A stretch of 62,108 bases of DNA, filler included, from an uncultured virus (IMG/VR IMGVR_UViG_2049941000_000856) (Duplodnaviria > Heunggongvirae > Uroviricota > Caudoviricetes). It is 4 parts of one record of this genome, joined end to end, with 100 filler letters (N's around TTAATTAATTAA, not from the genome) between each part and the next. Parts side by side here need not be neighbours in the genome. Positions count along the whole stretch, not along the records: positions 1 to 20,081 come from IMGVR_UViG_2049941000_000856; 3 more parts are not named here. One strand, given 5' to 3'. Of the stretch, positions 8,765 to 18,754 are shown piece by piece. Numbering within the stretch: the first letter of the stretch is position 1; each line of letters begins with the position of its first letter. The notes under the pieces are model-generated. The model was given only the letters and a program-made list of their open reading frames with translations. It had not been told where the DNA came from and did not search any database. Made by a program: the position numbers and the translations under genes.

Positions 8765-8965
8765 AATTTTGCCGTTTTTTCGCAAATTTCGCCATGTGTT
8801 CTTTCGATGCGAAAATGTCTCACGAGTGGTGAGACATTTTTATTTTATTGAATTGGCGTTTTTGAGCCGTTTAAGGCGTTTTGAATTTTTATTGAAAAAT
8901 GGGGTGCGGACATTTCGTGCGGACATGTTTTTTGCATTTGTCGCATTTTGTGAGACAAAAAAAGA
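8765..8965. repeat. Putative prophage end region (variant 2)
   Basis: AAAATGTCTCAC-N5-GTGAGACATTTT (8812-8840); GTGCGGACAT at 8904 and 8917; homologous to 1576-1835. Confidence 0.6.
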
Positions 8966-9007
8966 GCATCGGTTTTGTCCGGGGCTCTAGAATTTTGGCG
9001 GGTGATG

Positions 9008-9805
9008 TTATTTGCTTGGATTGTTGCATTTGGCCTTTTTCATTTGCAGTATCTGCGAGAACTGTTCGATTGTTGGCACCTGGAGTGTGCCGTTGCCGTA
9101 ATTTCCGGGTGAATCCATGCTTTCAATGCCTGTTCCCATACGTTTAGATGTGGCGTAATGCTTGACCATTTCATGGACTTCGAAGGCGTTGAACGGGTAT
9201 TCCAGACGGTCAAATCCATAGAAATTGAGCACTGTACCGACGTGCGGATCGTTGAAAACGAGCTTTTTGTATTTTTTGGCGATTTTTGCAGTTTTCTTGA
9301 GGAGTAGCGGGAGCAATAGTTCTAGCTGGCGGTCTGTTTCGGCTTGTTCGGGCGTCTTCCGGTTGGCTTGGTAGTCCTTCCAGTTGCGGAGTGCGGCGTG
9401 CCAATCGGAGAGCGGCAGGCCTGTTTTCATTTTCCAACCGGTCATTGCATAGTAGTTGTAGAAGCGTTTTGCACAGTCTTCGGACTTGCCGATTGTGGCG
9501 GCATAATCTATGGCTTCGGCTTCGCTTTGCGGGTGGTTGCCGCTGTTGGTACGTGAGTTTTTGCTTGAGCGCTTGACGCTGAAAATGCAGTAATCGTCCT
9601 TGATGCCTTCGGAATCTTCGGAGTGCATGATGAACTTGATGTTGACGATAAGCGAGCGTCCTGTTTCTGTTGAACCGTCCATTTCGAAGAGAACGAGGCG
9701 GTCACCGACGGAATACAGGCGATCAACCTTGCGGATGACGAACGTCAAATCGCCATTCAACAGCGGTTCAAATTTCTTTTTAGTGACTTTCAAGATGTGT
9801 TCCAT
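9008..9805 (-). CDS. DUF3850/ASCH-like fusion protein (variant 2)
   Basis: Closely similar to 2036-2857. Confidence 0.65.
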   Translation of the reverse strand: MEHILKVTKKKFEPLLNGDLTFVIRKVDRLYSVGDRLVLFEMDGSTETGRSLIVNIKFIMHSEDSEGIKDDYCIFSVKRSSKNSRTNSGNHPQSEAEAIDYAATIGKSEDCAKRFYNYYAMTGWKMKTGLPLSDWHAALRNWKDYQANRKTPEQAETDRQLELLLPLLLKKTAKIAKKYKKLVFNDPHVGTVLNFYGFDRLEYPFNAFEVHEMVKHYATSKRMGTGIESMDSPGNYGNGTLQVPTIEQFSQILQMKKAKCNNPSK

Positions 9806-9808
9806 AAG

Positions 9809-10201
9809 TTACCTCTTGATGTATTGCCAGGATTGTGGCGGGCGTGTCGCTTTCGGGTCGTTCAGGGCGTCTGCGACGGTGAGCCAATCATTGTCATAAA
9901 ATGAGGCGCTGTCGATGTGCCAGGCGTAAAGCTTGCCGTTACCCTGATTCTTGTACGCTTCAACGGCTTCGCGATCAAGGCAGGCTCTAGAGCAAAGTTC
10001 ATCGGTGACGTACGGTATTTCTTGGACGTGCGAAACTTCCATTATGCCGGTTACATGATGGGAGGAAGTGTCATAGAGATAGACTTCGAACGGTCCGCGT
10101 TCCTTTGGTGCGGTTTTGCGGAGCTCTATTGTCTTGTACTTACTGTAAATGAGGTTTGCCCATTCATGGTGAATGCTCATCAGTATGAGGACTGTATTCA
10201 T
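9809..10201 (-). CDS. ASCH-domain protein (variant 2)
   Basis: LMSIHHEWANLIYSKYKTIELRK...RPPQSWQY. Confidence 0.8.
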   Translation of the reverse strand: MNTVLILMSIHHEWANLIYSKYKTIELRKTAPKERGPFEVYLYDTSSHHVTGIMEVSHVQEIPYVTDELCSRACLDREAVEAYKNQGNGKLYAWHIDSASFYDNDWLTVADALNDPKATRPPQSWQYIKR

Positions 10202-10212
10202 TAGAAGTCTCC

Positions 10213-10395
10213 TTACGATATCCTTGTCAGTGTTGACAAGAGTTTGAAGATGATGGCGATCATTATGCCGAACGAGAAAAGGTTTGCGAAGAAAACGGCT
10301 AGATGTAGGCAGTTGTTCTTGAATCCCTGCCTGATACGGTGTTTTAGCGTCTCGAAATTGCCCATTTCGGTGCGCTTTTTTGGGTGTTTTATCAT
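10213..10395 (-). CDS. Small membrane protein (variant 2)
   Basis: Homologue of 3515-3697. Confidence 0.7.
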   Translation of the reverse strand: MIKHPKKRTEMGNFETLKHRIRQGFKNNCLHLAVFFANLFSFGIMIAIIFKLLSTLTRIS

Positions 10396-10456
10396 GTTTT
10401 TCTCCTTTAAAAAAAGGCCCTTTCAGGCCTTAATTTTGAGCTTTGAACCGTTTAAA

Positions 10457-10927
10457 TCATCTCTTGTTGATGATGGTGAGTGTCGCTTCGTTGTAGTCCT
10501 CGGTCATGTACTCGATGACCTTGGACGTGGCGTTTTGATAGATGATGTTCGACTTTTCGTCGTGCTTGAATGCGGCAAGGATGCAGCCTTGAGTATCTTC
10601 CGGGCGGTTGCCACCGTGGATGCGGACGCCTTCAAATCCGGGTACGTTCAGGATGAGCGGGAGCGGTCGCTGGAAGCGTTTGGAGTGCGTAATGACGCAC
10701 TGGTATGTGCCTGCTGGGATTGCGGTCTTTCCGGGAACTTTCGGGCCCGTGCGGACTGTGGGTTCCATGGTGTAGCAGACGAAATGGCCCTGCGGGTCGT
10801 ATTCCCGCGAACGCCATGTCTTGAGGTCGGTGTCGAGGTATTCGTGGGCAATCTTCATCCAGCCGATGGTGCGGTCCGGGAGGAAGATTTTGCGTTCGAT
10901 GTTGATGTGGATGCGTTTGAATTTCAT
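10457..10927 (-). CDS. DUF5675-family protein (variant 2)
   Basis: Homologue of 4228-4698 with IHGGN..EDTQGC. Confidence 0.8.
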   Translation of the reverse strand: MKFKRIHINIERKIFLPDRTIGWMKIAHEYLDTDLKTWRSREYDPQGHFVCYTMEPTVRTGPKVPGKTAIPAGTYQCVITHSKRFQRPLPLILNVPGFEGVRIHGGNRPEDTQGCILAAFKHDEKSNIIYQNATSKVIEYMTEDYNEATLTIINKR

Positions 10928-10929
10928 GG

Positions 10930-11028
10930 CTAGAAGTTGTTGAGTTGGTGGATGACGATGGCGAAGCCGATTGCTTCAAGTGCGGCAAGTGCCGCGAATG
11001 CGAGTATGAGCTTGTTTGTGCGCTGCAT
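10930..11028 (-). CDS. 32-aa single-TM microprotein (variant 2)
   Basis: MQRTNKLILAFAALAALEAIGFAIVIHQLNNF; AAGGA SD. Confidence 0.6.
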   Translation of the reverse strand: MQRTNKLILAFAALAALEAIGFAIVIHQLNNF

Positions 11029-11049
11029 GCTGTTCCTTTGGTGATTAAT

Positions 11050-11118
11050 GCGAGTGCGGGGGCTCGAACCCCGCCGATGCAAGCCACTCTACTTGCACCG
11101 TGGCCAACCGCAACCCGC
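11050..11118 (-). ncRNA. Candidate tRNA-like three-stem RNA element (variant 2)
   Basis: GCGGGT/ACTCGC stem, CGGTGCAAG-TAGAGTGG-CTTGCATCG hairpin, GCGGGG-TTCGAGC-CCCCGC T-arm. Confidence 0.55.
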
Positions 11119-11141
11119 CGTGATAGCCGTCTCGAAAATGG

Positions 11142-11285
11142 CTAGAACGTGACGGTTATCGTAAGCACTGCCGCCGCTATCCAGTAGATGACCTTGCGGA
11201 TGTCCATATCTACGATGCCGTAAACGATGGCCGCCGCAATGTCAAGGATGATGAGGACCAGCGGAAAGATTTGTTGTTTGCTCAT
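11142..11285 (-). CDS. 47-aa two-TM protein
   Basis: MSKQQIFPLVLIILDIAAAIVYGIVDMDIRKVIYWIAAAVLTITVTF; start overlaps the upstream stop (ATGA). Confidence 0.65.
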   Translation of the reverse strand: MSKQQIFPLVLIILDIAAAIVYGIVDMDIRKVIYWIAAAVLTITVTF

Positions 11286-11482
11286 CCCTTCTCCCACTTT
11301 GCAAGCAGGTCGTTCATTGCCGCGTGTGGGCTTGTGCCTACGCCGCGCATGAGTTCCTTGCCTGCCGATTGCCTGATGACGACTGCGTAGCCGTGCGTGA
11401 AGTCAGCTTCGAGGGAGAGCTGGTCGCGGAAGAAGTCGAGTGTCTCTTTACTGTTCGGCATTCTTGGCTTCCTTTGCATCAA
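11282..11482 (-). CDS. Hypothetical phage protein (variant 2; true start probably further downstream)
   Basis: Homologue of 4909-5094. Confidence 0.65.
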   Translation of the reverse strand: MMQRKPRMPNSKETLDFFRDQLSLEADFTHGYAVVIRQSAGKELMRGVGTSPHAAMNDLLAKWEKG

Positions 11483-12101
11483 CTTGGATGTCGTTGAAGT
11501 TCAGGCTGATTTCGTTCCAGCCACCTTCGGGAACATCAGTGTTCTTGGAGCGGAAACGGAGTGCCATCTTGGATGACTTTACGAAGATGGAATCGTCCAG
11601 AAGCTGCATGGCTTTTTTCCATTCGTGGTCCTGGATGTCGATGCGCTTGAGCTTGAGGAGCATCGCCGTGTTGATGCGGCCCTGCTTGTCAACGGAGAAC
11701 GCCTGAGCGATGACCTTGGAAAGCGTCGGGTCGGTGTCCTTGAGCTTGTCGTTGATCCACTTGTCGATGGTAGTCTTGACCATCTGCAGGCGTTCGTCGA
11801 AACTGATGGTCTCGTCGATGCGGCGTTCGATGCAGAGGTTCTGCGAGAAGTTGTAGAGGAGGATATTGCCTTTCCAGCCTTCGCGAACCTTGTTGTCCTT
11901 CGCAAGTTCCTTGAGATACTTTTCGATAGAACCCACGATGTCGGCCTTTTCGCTCGCGAGCCTGTCGGAGAGCTTCTGCACCTTCTTGATGATGGATTCG
12001 ACGAGCTTGTCCCTTTTCTTGTCTTCGGGACGGATGTATTCTTCCGGGACGGGGCGGCCCTTGGAATCGAGCCAGTTGCCTTGTTTGTCTTTTTGTGCCA
12101 T
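11448..12101 (-). CDS. DUF3164-family protein (variant 2)
   Basis: Closely similar to 5084-5734. Confidence 0.8.
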   Translation of the reverse strand: MAQKDKQGNWLDSKGRPVPEEYIRPEDKKRDKLVESIIKKVQKLSDRLASEKADIVGSIEKYLKELAKDNKVREGWKGNILLYNFSQNLCIERRIDETISFDERLQMVKTTIDKWINDKLKDTDPTLSKVIAQAFSVDKQGRINTAMLLKLKRIDIQDHEWKKAMQLLDDSIFVKSSKMALRFRSKNTDVPEGGWNEISLNFNDIQVDAKEAKNAEQ

Positions 12102-12108
12102 AAGTTAC

Positions 12109-12564
12109 CTACTTGTTTTTGGTTTGTTGTTTAAATTGTTCGGGGCTTTTGGCTCCCATTGCCTGGATCGCCTTGATGAGGATTTTCGCGTCATCCTTGC
12201 AGATCCAGGTGATGACCTCGACGCCAGTCAGGCGCTTGCAGAATGCGTTCAGGGCCTTGCGGCGGTCTGCGGATGTCTCCGCGCGGCTGACCTGCGCCCA
12301 CATCGCTTCAATCGCTCTCAGCTGCTTGGGACTCGCCTTGAACTTGCGCTTGCCGAGTTCGTTGAACTTCTGCACATTGCCGTGGACCTTTTCGCGGAGT
12401 TCCTTGATGAGCTGGAAACGCTGTTGCGGGTTCAGGTCCTTGGAGCTTCGCACCTGGTAGCGGTCATCCAGCATGTCGCGGTACGCTTCGTCGTTCAGCC
12501 CCAGGAGCCTTGCAAGGCCGTGGATGGTCTTGAAGTCCTGTGCACGGCGGTCTGCGGGTGTCAT
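12109..12564 (-). CDS. gemA: GemA/gp16 (DUF1018) family protein
   Basis: IHGLARLLGLNDEAYRDML...SSKDL...QLRAIEAMW...ALNAFCKRLTG. Confidence 0.85.
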   Translation of the reverse strand: MTPADRRAQDFKTIHGLARLLGLNDEAYRDMLDDRYQVRSSKDLNPQQRFQLIKELREKVHGNVQKFNELGKRKFKASPKQLRAIEAMWAQVSRAETSADRRKALNAFCKRLTGVEVITWICKDDAKILIKAIQAMGAKSPEQFKQQTKNK

Positions 12565-13352
12565 TGGGCTACCACCAGCATCTGTGACGCACTTTCGATG
12601 ATTTCATTGTCGAGCGTGTCCCGTTGGTTGTTGCGCATGAGTTCGCGACTCCACATCACGAGGTGCGAAAGCAGACGGAAGTTGCGGCGGCAGGTCTTTG
12701 CGCACTGTTCAATGACGTTCGGCTCGTAGTTCTCGAATCGGCTATCGATGTAGGCCTTGATATCCGCATCCTTGAGAAGCTTAGCCCTGCACGGTGCACT
12801 GATGCGGCTGTTCAGCTGTGCATAGTGGTTGCGGTCGCCCTGCACGTTCTTTTCGAGGCGGGGCATGCCGCAAAGTGCGATTCCCACGCCCGCCTTGTCG
12901 TGCACCCTACGGATAAGTTCGAGTGCACGGTAAGGCAGATGCTCTGCCTCATCGATGATAATGAGCCTGCCTGAATCCTTGAGCTTTGCGACGATGCGGA
13001 CAAGGTTGTCGTGGAGGCTGCCACGATCGTCGAGGCTGAGTTCCGCACAGAGTTCGCCAAAGAGAGCCTTCGCGGTGTAGCCGTGGTCCGCCTCGATGAG
13101 GATGACGGAGGGGTGAGTCTTCGCAAATTCCTTGAGGGCGGTGGTCTTGCCGCAGCCTGCATCACCCGTGAGCATGCCGCAAATCTGGTGAGCGAGAACG
13201 AGGCTGCAAAACTTCTGGATGGTCTTGAACGCGCTTGTCTGAACGATGCCGTCGTTAGTCCTGAACTTGGAACGTTCGGCTTCGGTCGCAAGGAAGTCCT
13301 TCGCCTTGTCGCAGATGGAGCCTGTGTCGCCCGTGTAGCTACCCTTGAGGAA
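12561..13352 (-). CDS. MuB-like AAA+ transposition protein (5' truncated)
   Basis: Walker A GDAGCGKT, Walker B LIIIDEAEHL. Confidence 0.9.
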   Translation of the reverse strand, partial: FLKGSYTGDTGSICDKAKDFLATEAERSKFRTNDGIVQTSAFKTIQKFCSLVLAHQICGMLTGDAGCGKTTALKEFAKTHPSVILIEADHGYTAKALFGELCAELSLDDRGSLHDNLVRIVAKLKDSGRLIIIDEAEHLPYRALELIRRVHDKAGVGIALCGMPRLEKNVQGDRNHYAQLNSRISAPCRAKLLKDADIKAYIDSRFENYEPNVIEQCAKTCRRNFRLLSHLVMWSRELMRNNQRDTLDNEIIESASQMLVVAQ

Positions 13353-13362
13353 NNNNNNNNNN

Positions 13363-13707
13363 AAGCACGCCAACAGCTTCGCCGAGGTCAACCGGACGAC
13401 CGGAAGCAAGCATACGGCCGTAGCACTTAGCGCAGACACCGTTCTTGGAATTACAGGTGAGCACAGAGCGCATCTTGATGTGTTCAAGACCCGTAGCAGA
13501 GATCTTCGGGGAATACGTCGACTACATTTCCANNNNNNNNNNGGCGCAAACGCCGGTCTTCGAGTTACAGGTAAGCACAGAACGCATCTTGATGTGTTCG
13601 AGACCTGTAGCGGAAATCTTCGGGAGGTCACGTTCGGTAACGAGTTCGCCAGCCTTGACAATCACTTCGCCGGTAACCGGGTGCTTGATGTCTTCGACCG
13701 GAGCGCG
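13363..13707 (-). CDS. rpoC: RNA polymerase beta' fragments (two overlapping allelic pieces)
   Basis: Minus strand reads [35 protein letters not shown]; the second piece reads [15 protein letters not shown]. Confidence 0.85.
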
Positions 13708-13717
13708 NNNNNNNNNN

Positions 13718-14039
13718 AGATAACGAAGGCGACTGGGCGCTCAACACTTCACAGGCTGCAGTTGATGCATGGAAAGCAGGCATTGCGAAGATGAAGGCCT
13801 TGGACAGCAGCACCTCCATCAAACCAGCCGGGAGGGCATCCAGCAGCTCCTTTCGCCTGCAAGACGGCAAGCTCTACATGCAAACCGGCAAAGCATTAAA
13901 GGCAAGTGTCGTGCAGTTTGACTATCAGGGCCGTGTCCTGTGGCAGAGCCCGGTACAGCACTTCACCGCGGGCGTACACGCTATCGACGCTCCCAAGGCA
14001 AACGCACAAAGCATTTACAAGCTATCCGTGAAGCGCTAA
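13718..14039 (+). CDS. 3' fragment of a host secreted protein
   Basis: Ends in a QFDYQGRVLW...IYKLSVKR C-terminal domain followed by a terminator-like hairpin. Confidence 0.5.
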
Positions 14040-14071
14040 ACAAAACTTATTCATAAAACTCCTTGGACAAC

Positions 14072-14113
14072 CCCCATTCTAGTTCCTTCAAAACGCTAGA
14101 GTGGGGATTTTTT
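14072..14113 (+). terminator. Rho-independent terminator-like hairpin
   Basis: CCCCATTCTAG...CTAGAGTGGGG followed by a T-run. Confidence 0.55.
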
Positions 14114-14386
14114 ATTCCTACTAAGCTTCTCCAAACGGAATAGCCATAATCGCCGCTTCATGGAATCAATCAGAGCCGAGTTTTTGACCGATTGAAACGG
14201 CTCTTAGAATTTGTATGCACGCAAAAGGGAACATCACCAATAATTCAGATTTTCCGCAGCACCAAACTCGCGCAAAGCCAAACACTAGAGACACTTTGAT
14301 TTTTTTATGCGCTTTTGTTCGGGCTCTTCGAAAGCGCTCAAAGTATCTTTTAAATATAACAGTTCAAGAAACTTAACGGAGCCTTT

Positions 14387-15316
14387 ATGAACAACAAACT
14401 ATTCACGTCTCTTTGCGCCGCGCCAGTTGCAGCGATGGCGATCCAAATCGGCGCTTGGGTCGGAGGCCCCGGACAATCCCCGCAGCCCACCAAAGAGAAT
14501 GTACGGGCGTTCCAAGACTTGCAAGATGCTCATCTTGATCTTATCAGTTACTTTGCAGTTTTCGACGTGGACGACTGGAAGCGGGTGCAAGTTTACGCAG
14601 ACATCGCAAAAGAAAACGGATCAACGCTAGTCGTCACATGGATGCCCAAAGGCTACAGCGCCCAAGACATTGTGAACGGCAAGACGGACAACTACATCCG
14701 AGAATTCGCAAAGGGCGTCAAAAATTACAGTGAAGAAATCTGGTTGCGCCCCCTGCACGAAGCGAACGGCGATTGGTACGACTGGGGCGTGGGCAAAAAA
14801 GGCGCCGGGAATACCGATGCAAATGTCACCGAAGCGTTCCGCCGCATCGTCAAGATTTTCCGCAAAGAAAACGTCAAGAACGTCAAATGGGTATGGACCA
14901 CGAATGTCACGAACCACGGCGAAGGCGCCACGCTCACGGGCAACTATCCCGGCGACGAATTTGTGGATTACATTTCCATTGACGGATACAACTGGGGCAA
15001 GAGTCAAAGCTGGTCCAGCTGGAAGTCCTTTGCACAAGTATTCGACGATGCCTACAAGGCACTCGCAAATATAAACAAGCCGCTCTTTATCGCCGAAATT
15101 TCCAGCTCCGAAAAAGGCGGAAGCAAGGCCAAATGGATTACCGACATGTTCGAGCATTTCCGCACCGACTACTCACGCGTATTCGCCGTGATGTGGTTCA
15201 GCCAAAGCAAGGACTACGAAGGCGACTGGGCGTTGAACACCTCACAAGATGCCGTTGAAGCGTGGAAGACGGGAATCAAGAAGATGAAGGCGAAATATAA
15301 AGGGAAGAAGAGATAA
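14387..15316 (+). CDS. Host glycoside hydrolase family 26 (beta-mannanase/lichenase-like)
   Basis: Signal peptide; LRPLHEANGDWYDWG (acid/base), YPGDEFVDYISIDGYNWG, KPLFIAEIS (nucleophile). Confidence 0.9.
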   Translation: MNNKLFTSLCAAPVAAMAIQIGAWVGGPGQSPQPTKENVRAFQDLQDAHLDLISYFAVFDVDDWKRVQVYADIAKENGSTLVVTWMPKGYSAQDIVNGKTDNYIREFAKGVKNYSEEIWLRPLHEANGDWYDWGVGKKGAGNTDANVTEAFRRIVKIFRKENVKNVKWVWTTNVTNHGEGATLTGNYPGDEFVDYISIDGYNWGKSQSWSSWKSFAQVFDDAYKALANINKPLFIAEISSSEKGGSKAKWITDMFEHFRTDYSRVFAVMWFSQSKDYEGDWALNTSQDAVEAWKTGIKKMKAKYKGKKR

Positions 15317-15326
15317 CCAAGTTATT

Positions 15327-16246
15327 CTACATCACCCAGCCGTCCTGACGCCTTACAACTTCCCATTTTCCCGAGTGCTTGGACAGATAGTAATAGCTTC
15401 CACTATTGAAGCTTTGCATCACATTCAGTTGCACCATATCGTGCGCCTTGTTAAAGACGGCATTATGTATGACCGGGAACGAATTGAAATGATAATCATC
15501 GCCCCAGTGTTCTGGAATTACATTTATAAACGGGTGCCAGAAGGGATATTTATTTGGCATAATCGTGTATCTATCACTCCGCGATTCACGAACATTTGCC
15601 TTCATAAAATCGTTCAATAGAATATTGTATTCTTTATTCATAACAAGAATCCGCTGCCCCATCGGCGTTTTCTCCATGCAAGCGGAACGCGTTTCTTTCC
15701 ATGCATCCCGTTTTATCCTGAAAATGTGAACCTTGTCCAGTTCCTTCATATCGACGACAGCAGTATCGACATACAGCACCTCCAGCGTCTGGACAAAATA
15801 CGCGTAATTATAAATGCTGCTAGAGTCCTCACTCAAACGATTCAAGGCTTCATCAAGCGGAATCGCACGGATTTTCACAGCATAGATGCTATCGGCTCTT
15901 TCGCGAACAGCCCGCATGGAATCCGAATTCCATCTTTTTAAAATTTCATCAACGTCAATGGGATCAATGGGCTTAGCATTCTTCCTTTTTTCATTTAAGG
16001 TATCCTCAAGAGTATCACGTTTTTCGCGTTCTTCTTCATCAAGAACATAACGATACTTTCGTTTAGCATCGAACTCCAATACAGCCTTGTAGATGGCCAG
16101 CAAATCAGCCGCGAGGGAATCATCTGCCGGGATCGTTCTACAAAGAGAATCCGTAGACCGTTTCCACCTCGCAAAGAAGTGGCTTTTGTAATCGTCCATG
16201 GAATCGCGTAGCAGCGTGTCATTCGTCGCCTGGTACTGCTCGTAAA
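15327..16246 (-). CDS. Host hypothetical protein (5' truncated)
   Basis: About 305 open codons up to the gap; the ORF-track fusion to GemA is an artefact. Confidence 0.6.
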
Positions 16247-16256
16247 NNNNNNNNNN

Positions 16257-16598
16257 TCCTGTCAGACGCTTGCAGAATGCGTTCAGTGCCTTGCTGCGGT
16301 CTTGGGCTGTCGAGGTCCTTGAAACTTGCGCCCACATCGCTTCAATCGCTCTCAGCTGCTTGGGGCTTGCCTTGAACTTGCGTTTGCCGAGCTCGTTGAA
16401 CTTCTGCACGTTGCCGTGGACTTTTTCACGAAGTTCCTTGATGAGCTGGAAACGCTGTTGCGGGTTCAGTTCCTTGGAGCTTCGGACGTGGTAGCGGTCG
16501 TTCAGCATATCGCGGTATGCTTCGTCGTTTAGCCCGAGGAGCCTTGCAAGACCATGGATCGTCTTGAAGTCCTGTGCGCGGCGGTCTGCGGGTGTCAT
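16257..16598 (-). CDS. gemA: GemA 5' fragment (another variant)
   Basis: Near-identical to 12109-12564; cut by gap. Confidence 0.8.
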
Positions 16599-17491
16599 TG
16601 GGCAACCACCAGCATTTGTGATGCGCTGTTGATGATTTCATTGTCAAGCGTTTCGCGTTTGTTGCTGCGCATGAGCTCTCGACTCCACATCACAAGGTGC
16701 GAAAGCAGGCGGAAGCTGCGCCGACTGGTCTTTGCACACAGTTCAAGGACGTTAGAATCGTAGCTTTCGAAGCGACTATCGATGTAAGCCTTGATGTCTG
16801 CATCAGTGAGGAGCTTCGCACGGCACGGGGCGCTGATGCGGGAGTTGAGCTGAGCATAGTGATTGCGGTCGCCTTGGACATTCTTTTCGAGGCGAGGCAT
16901 CCCGCAAAGGGCAATGCCCACACCCGCCTTGTCGTGTACGCGCCGGATGAGTTCGAGCGCACGGTACGGCAAGTGTTCGGCTTCATCAATGATGATGAGA
17001 CGGCCCGAGTCCTTGAGCTTCGCGACGATGCGGCTACGCTTCTGGTCAAGGCTTCCGCGATCATCGAGACTGAGTTGCGAACAGAGTTCGTCGAAGAGAG
17101 CCTTCGCCGTGTAGCCGTAGTCTGCCTCGACGAGGAGGACGGACGGGTGCGTTTTGGCAAATTCCTTGAGGGCGGTGGTCTTGCCGCAGCCTGCGTCGCC
17201 CGTGAGCATCCCGCAAATCTGGTGAGCGAGAACAAGGCTGCAGAACTTTTGGATGGTCTTGAAAGCGCTTGTCTGCACGATGCCGTCGTTCGTCTTGAAC
17301 TTGGCGCGTTCGGCTTCGGTATCAAGAAAGTCCTTTGCCTTGTCGCAGATGGAGCCTGTGTCGCCCGTGTAGCTACCCTTGAGGAAGTAGCTGAGGGTGG
17401 CGGGGCTTATGCCGAGGGCCTTTGAGACTTTCGTCTGCGAGGCTCCCGTGCGTGACATGTAGTCGTTGAGCTGTTCGATAATCTGTTCCAT
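16595..17491 (-). CDS. MuB-like AAA+ transposition protein (complete)
   Basis: N-terminal HTH (SQTKVSKALGISPATLSYFLKGSY), Walker A/B; start MEQII after AAGGA. Confidence 0.9.
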   Translation of the reverse strand: MEQIIEQLNDYMSRTGASQTKVSKALGISPATLSYFLKGSYTGDTGSICDKAKDFLDTEAERAKFKTNDGIVQTSAFKTIQKFCSLVLAHQICGMLTGDAGCGKTTALKEFAKTHPSVLLVEADYGYTAKALFDELCSQLSLDDRGSLDQKRSRIVAKLKDSGRLIIIDEAEHLPYRALELIRRVHDKAGVGIALCGMPRLEKNVQGDRNHYAQLNSRISAPCRAKLLTDADIKAYIDSRFESYDSNVLELCAKTSRRSFRLLSHLVMWSRELMRSNKRETLDNEIINSASQMLVVAQ

Positions 17492-17597
17492 ATCTATCCT
17501 TATGGGTTGTTGTTGAAAGCGGGAGCCTCCGGGGGCGGCATACAAGGAGGTGTGTGAAGTGTTGCGGCATGTGCCGCTGCCCCCATCGGCAAATTCG

Positions 17598-17789
17598 TTA
17601 GAGCAGTCTGTGTTCCTTGAGCCGTTCCTTGATGCGGAAGTAGGTACGGATTTCGTTTGCCGGGAAGCAGCCGGCGACTTTGCCGCCGTTCCTGATGATG
17701 GCCACAGCCTTATCGACGTTGCTTTTCGCAACAGGCCCTGCCACGGCTCGAAAAATCCTGAGGAGCTTGGTTGAGTCAATGTCTGCCAT
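17598..17789 (-). CDS. Hypothetical protein between MuA and MuB
   Basis: 63 aa, translationally coupled to the MuA stop (TAATG). Confidence 0.6.
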   Translation of the reverse strand: MADIDSTKLLRIFRAVAGPVAKSNVDKAVAIIRNGGKVAGCFPANEIRTYFRIKERLKEHRLL

Positions 17790-18256
17790 TATGCGTGCCT
17801 CGCGAGTTCTTCCCAGAGCGATTCGGGTTCGGCAGTTTCGCCGTCGTCATCGTCTCCGAGCAGGTTGATGATTTCGCCGTTGCCGACAAGCTTCTCGCTC
17901 TTGAGCTGGGCGGTGTCCTTGTCGTGGCGGGTGATATGAGTCGGTCCTTCCGGGATGAACACGCCCTGCGGGCCTACTGCGGTGCGCATGGCACTGATGT
18001 AGTCCGCCGCCTGTTCCTTTGTCATTTCCGGGCAGATTTCCTTGAGGAGCTTTTCTTCGTGACGCTTGCGTGCAACGCCTTCGGCAATCTGCTGCTTGCT
18101 CACCACATCGTCATCCTTGACCATGGCTCCCACGGAGCTTTGCAGGTAGCATTCACCGATGAGCTTCTTGTCTGCATCGTAGCACCAGGCGGTGCGCATG
18201 TCTTCGGGGTCGTATCTGAAAGTAACCTCGCGGCCCTTGTAAACCGGCATCCATTC
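17789..18256 (-). CDS. MuA-like transposase C-terminal fragment
   Basis: VTFRYDPEDMRTAWCYD (Mu transposase C-terminal pattern). Confidence 0.85.
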   Translation of the reverse strand, partial: EWMPVYKGREVTFRYDPEDMRTAWCYDADKKLIGECYLQSSVGAMVKDDDVVSKQQIAEGVARKRHEEKLLKEICPEMTKEQAADYISAMRTAVGPQGVFIPEGPTHITRHDKDTAQLKSEKLVGNGEIINLLGDDDDGETAEPESLWEELARHA

Positions 18257-18266
18257 NNNNNNNNNN

Positions 18267-18432
18267 ACGCAAACGCACGCGAAAGAACAGTATCCAGAGG
18301 CAGAGCCTTCAGCTCCTCAAACCGCTTTGCGCTTTTCAAATCATCTTCATTAGACTCTGAACACCCGCAAAGGAGCGCAACAAGCGCCACCGCCAGCAAA
18401 CAAAAATTTCGTAGAAACTTCATATACAACAT
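18267..18432 (-). CDS. Host lipoprotein 5' fragment
   Basis: MKFLRNFCLLAVALVALLCGC lipobox-like signal. Confidence 0.5.
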
Positions 18433-18754
18433 AAATACAAAATTTTTTATTCAAAAAGGATTATCCTTTTTGGATAATCTTAATCGGATAATTAAGATTG
18501 CCGCGCATCTTCGATGCTCGCAATGACAATCCCAGCTTACAGATGCAAAAAAAAGCCCGCAACATTCGCGGCTGCCCATAATGCAGAAAAGGTCCGCGAT
18601 TTTGTCGCGGACCTTCCTCTAGGATAATTCTGTGCTTGCGCGCAAGAATTAGAAACGGAAGTGNNNNNNNNNNTGTTAATTATCTGAATCTTCCTCGTCA
18701 GAAGAGCCGATTTCGTTATCCAGGAGCTGGATTCCGGAACCAGANNNNNNNNNN

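Noticed and set aside
11050..11118. Canonical tRNA gene
   Set aside because: No D-arm, no standard 7-nt anticodon loop and no CCA. Kept only as a tRNA-like element.
1576..13352. Real tandem duplication of the early region
   Set aside because: The copies are diverged and separated by gaps, so their adjacency cannot be supported.
14387..15316. GH26 as a phage auxiliary metabolic gene
   Set aside because: It sits on a gap-bounded contig with only host-like neighbours.
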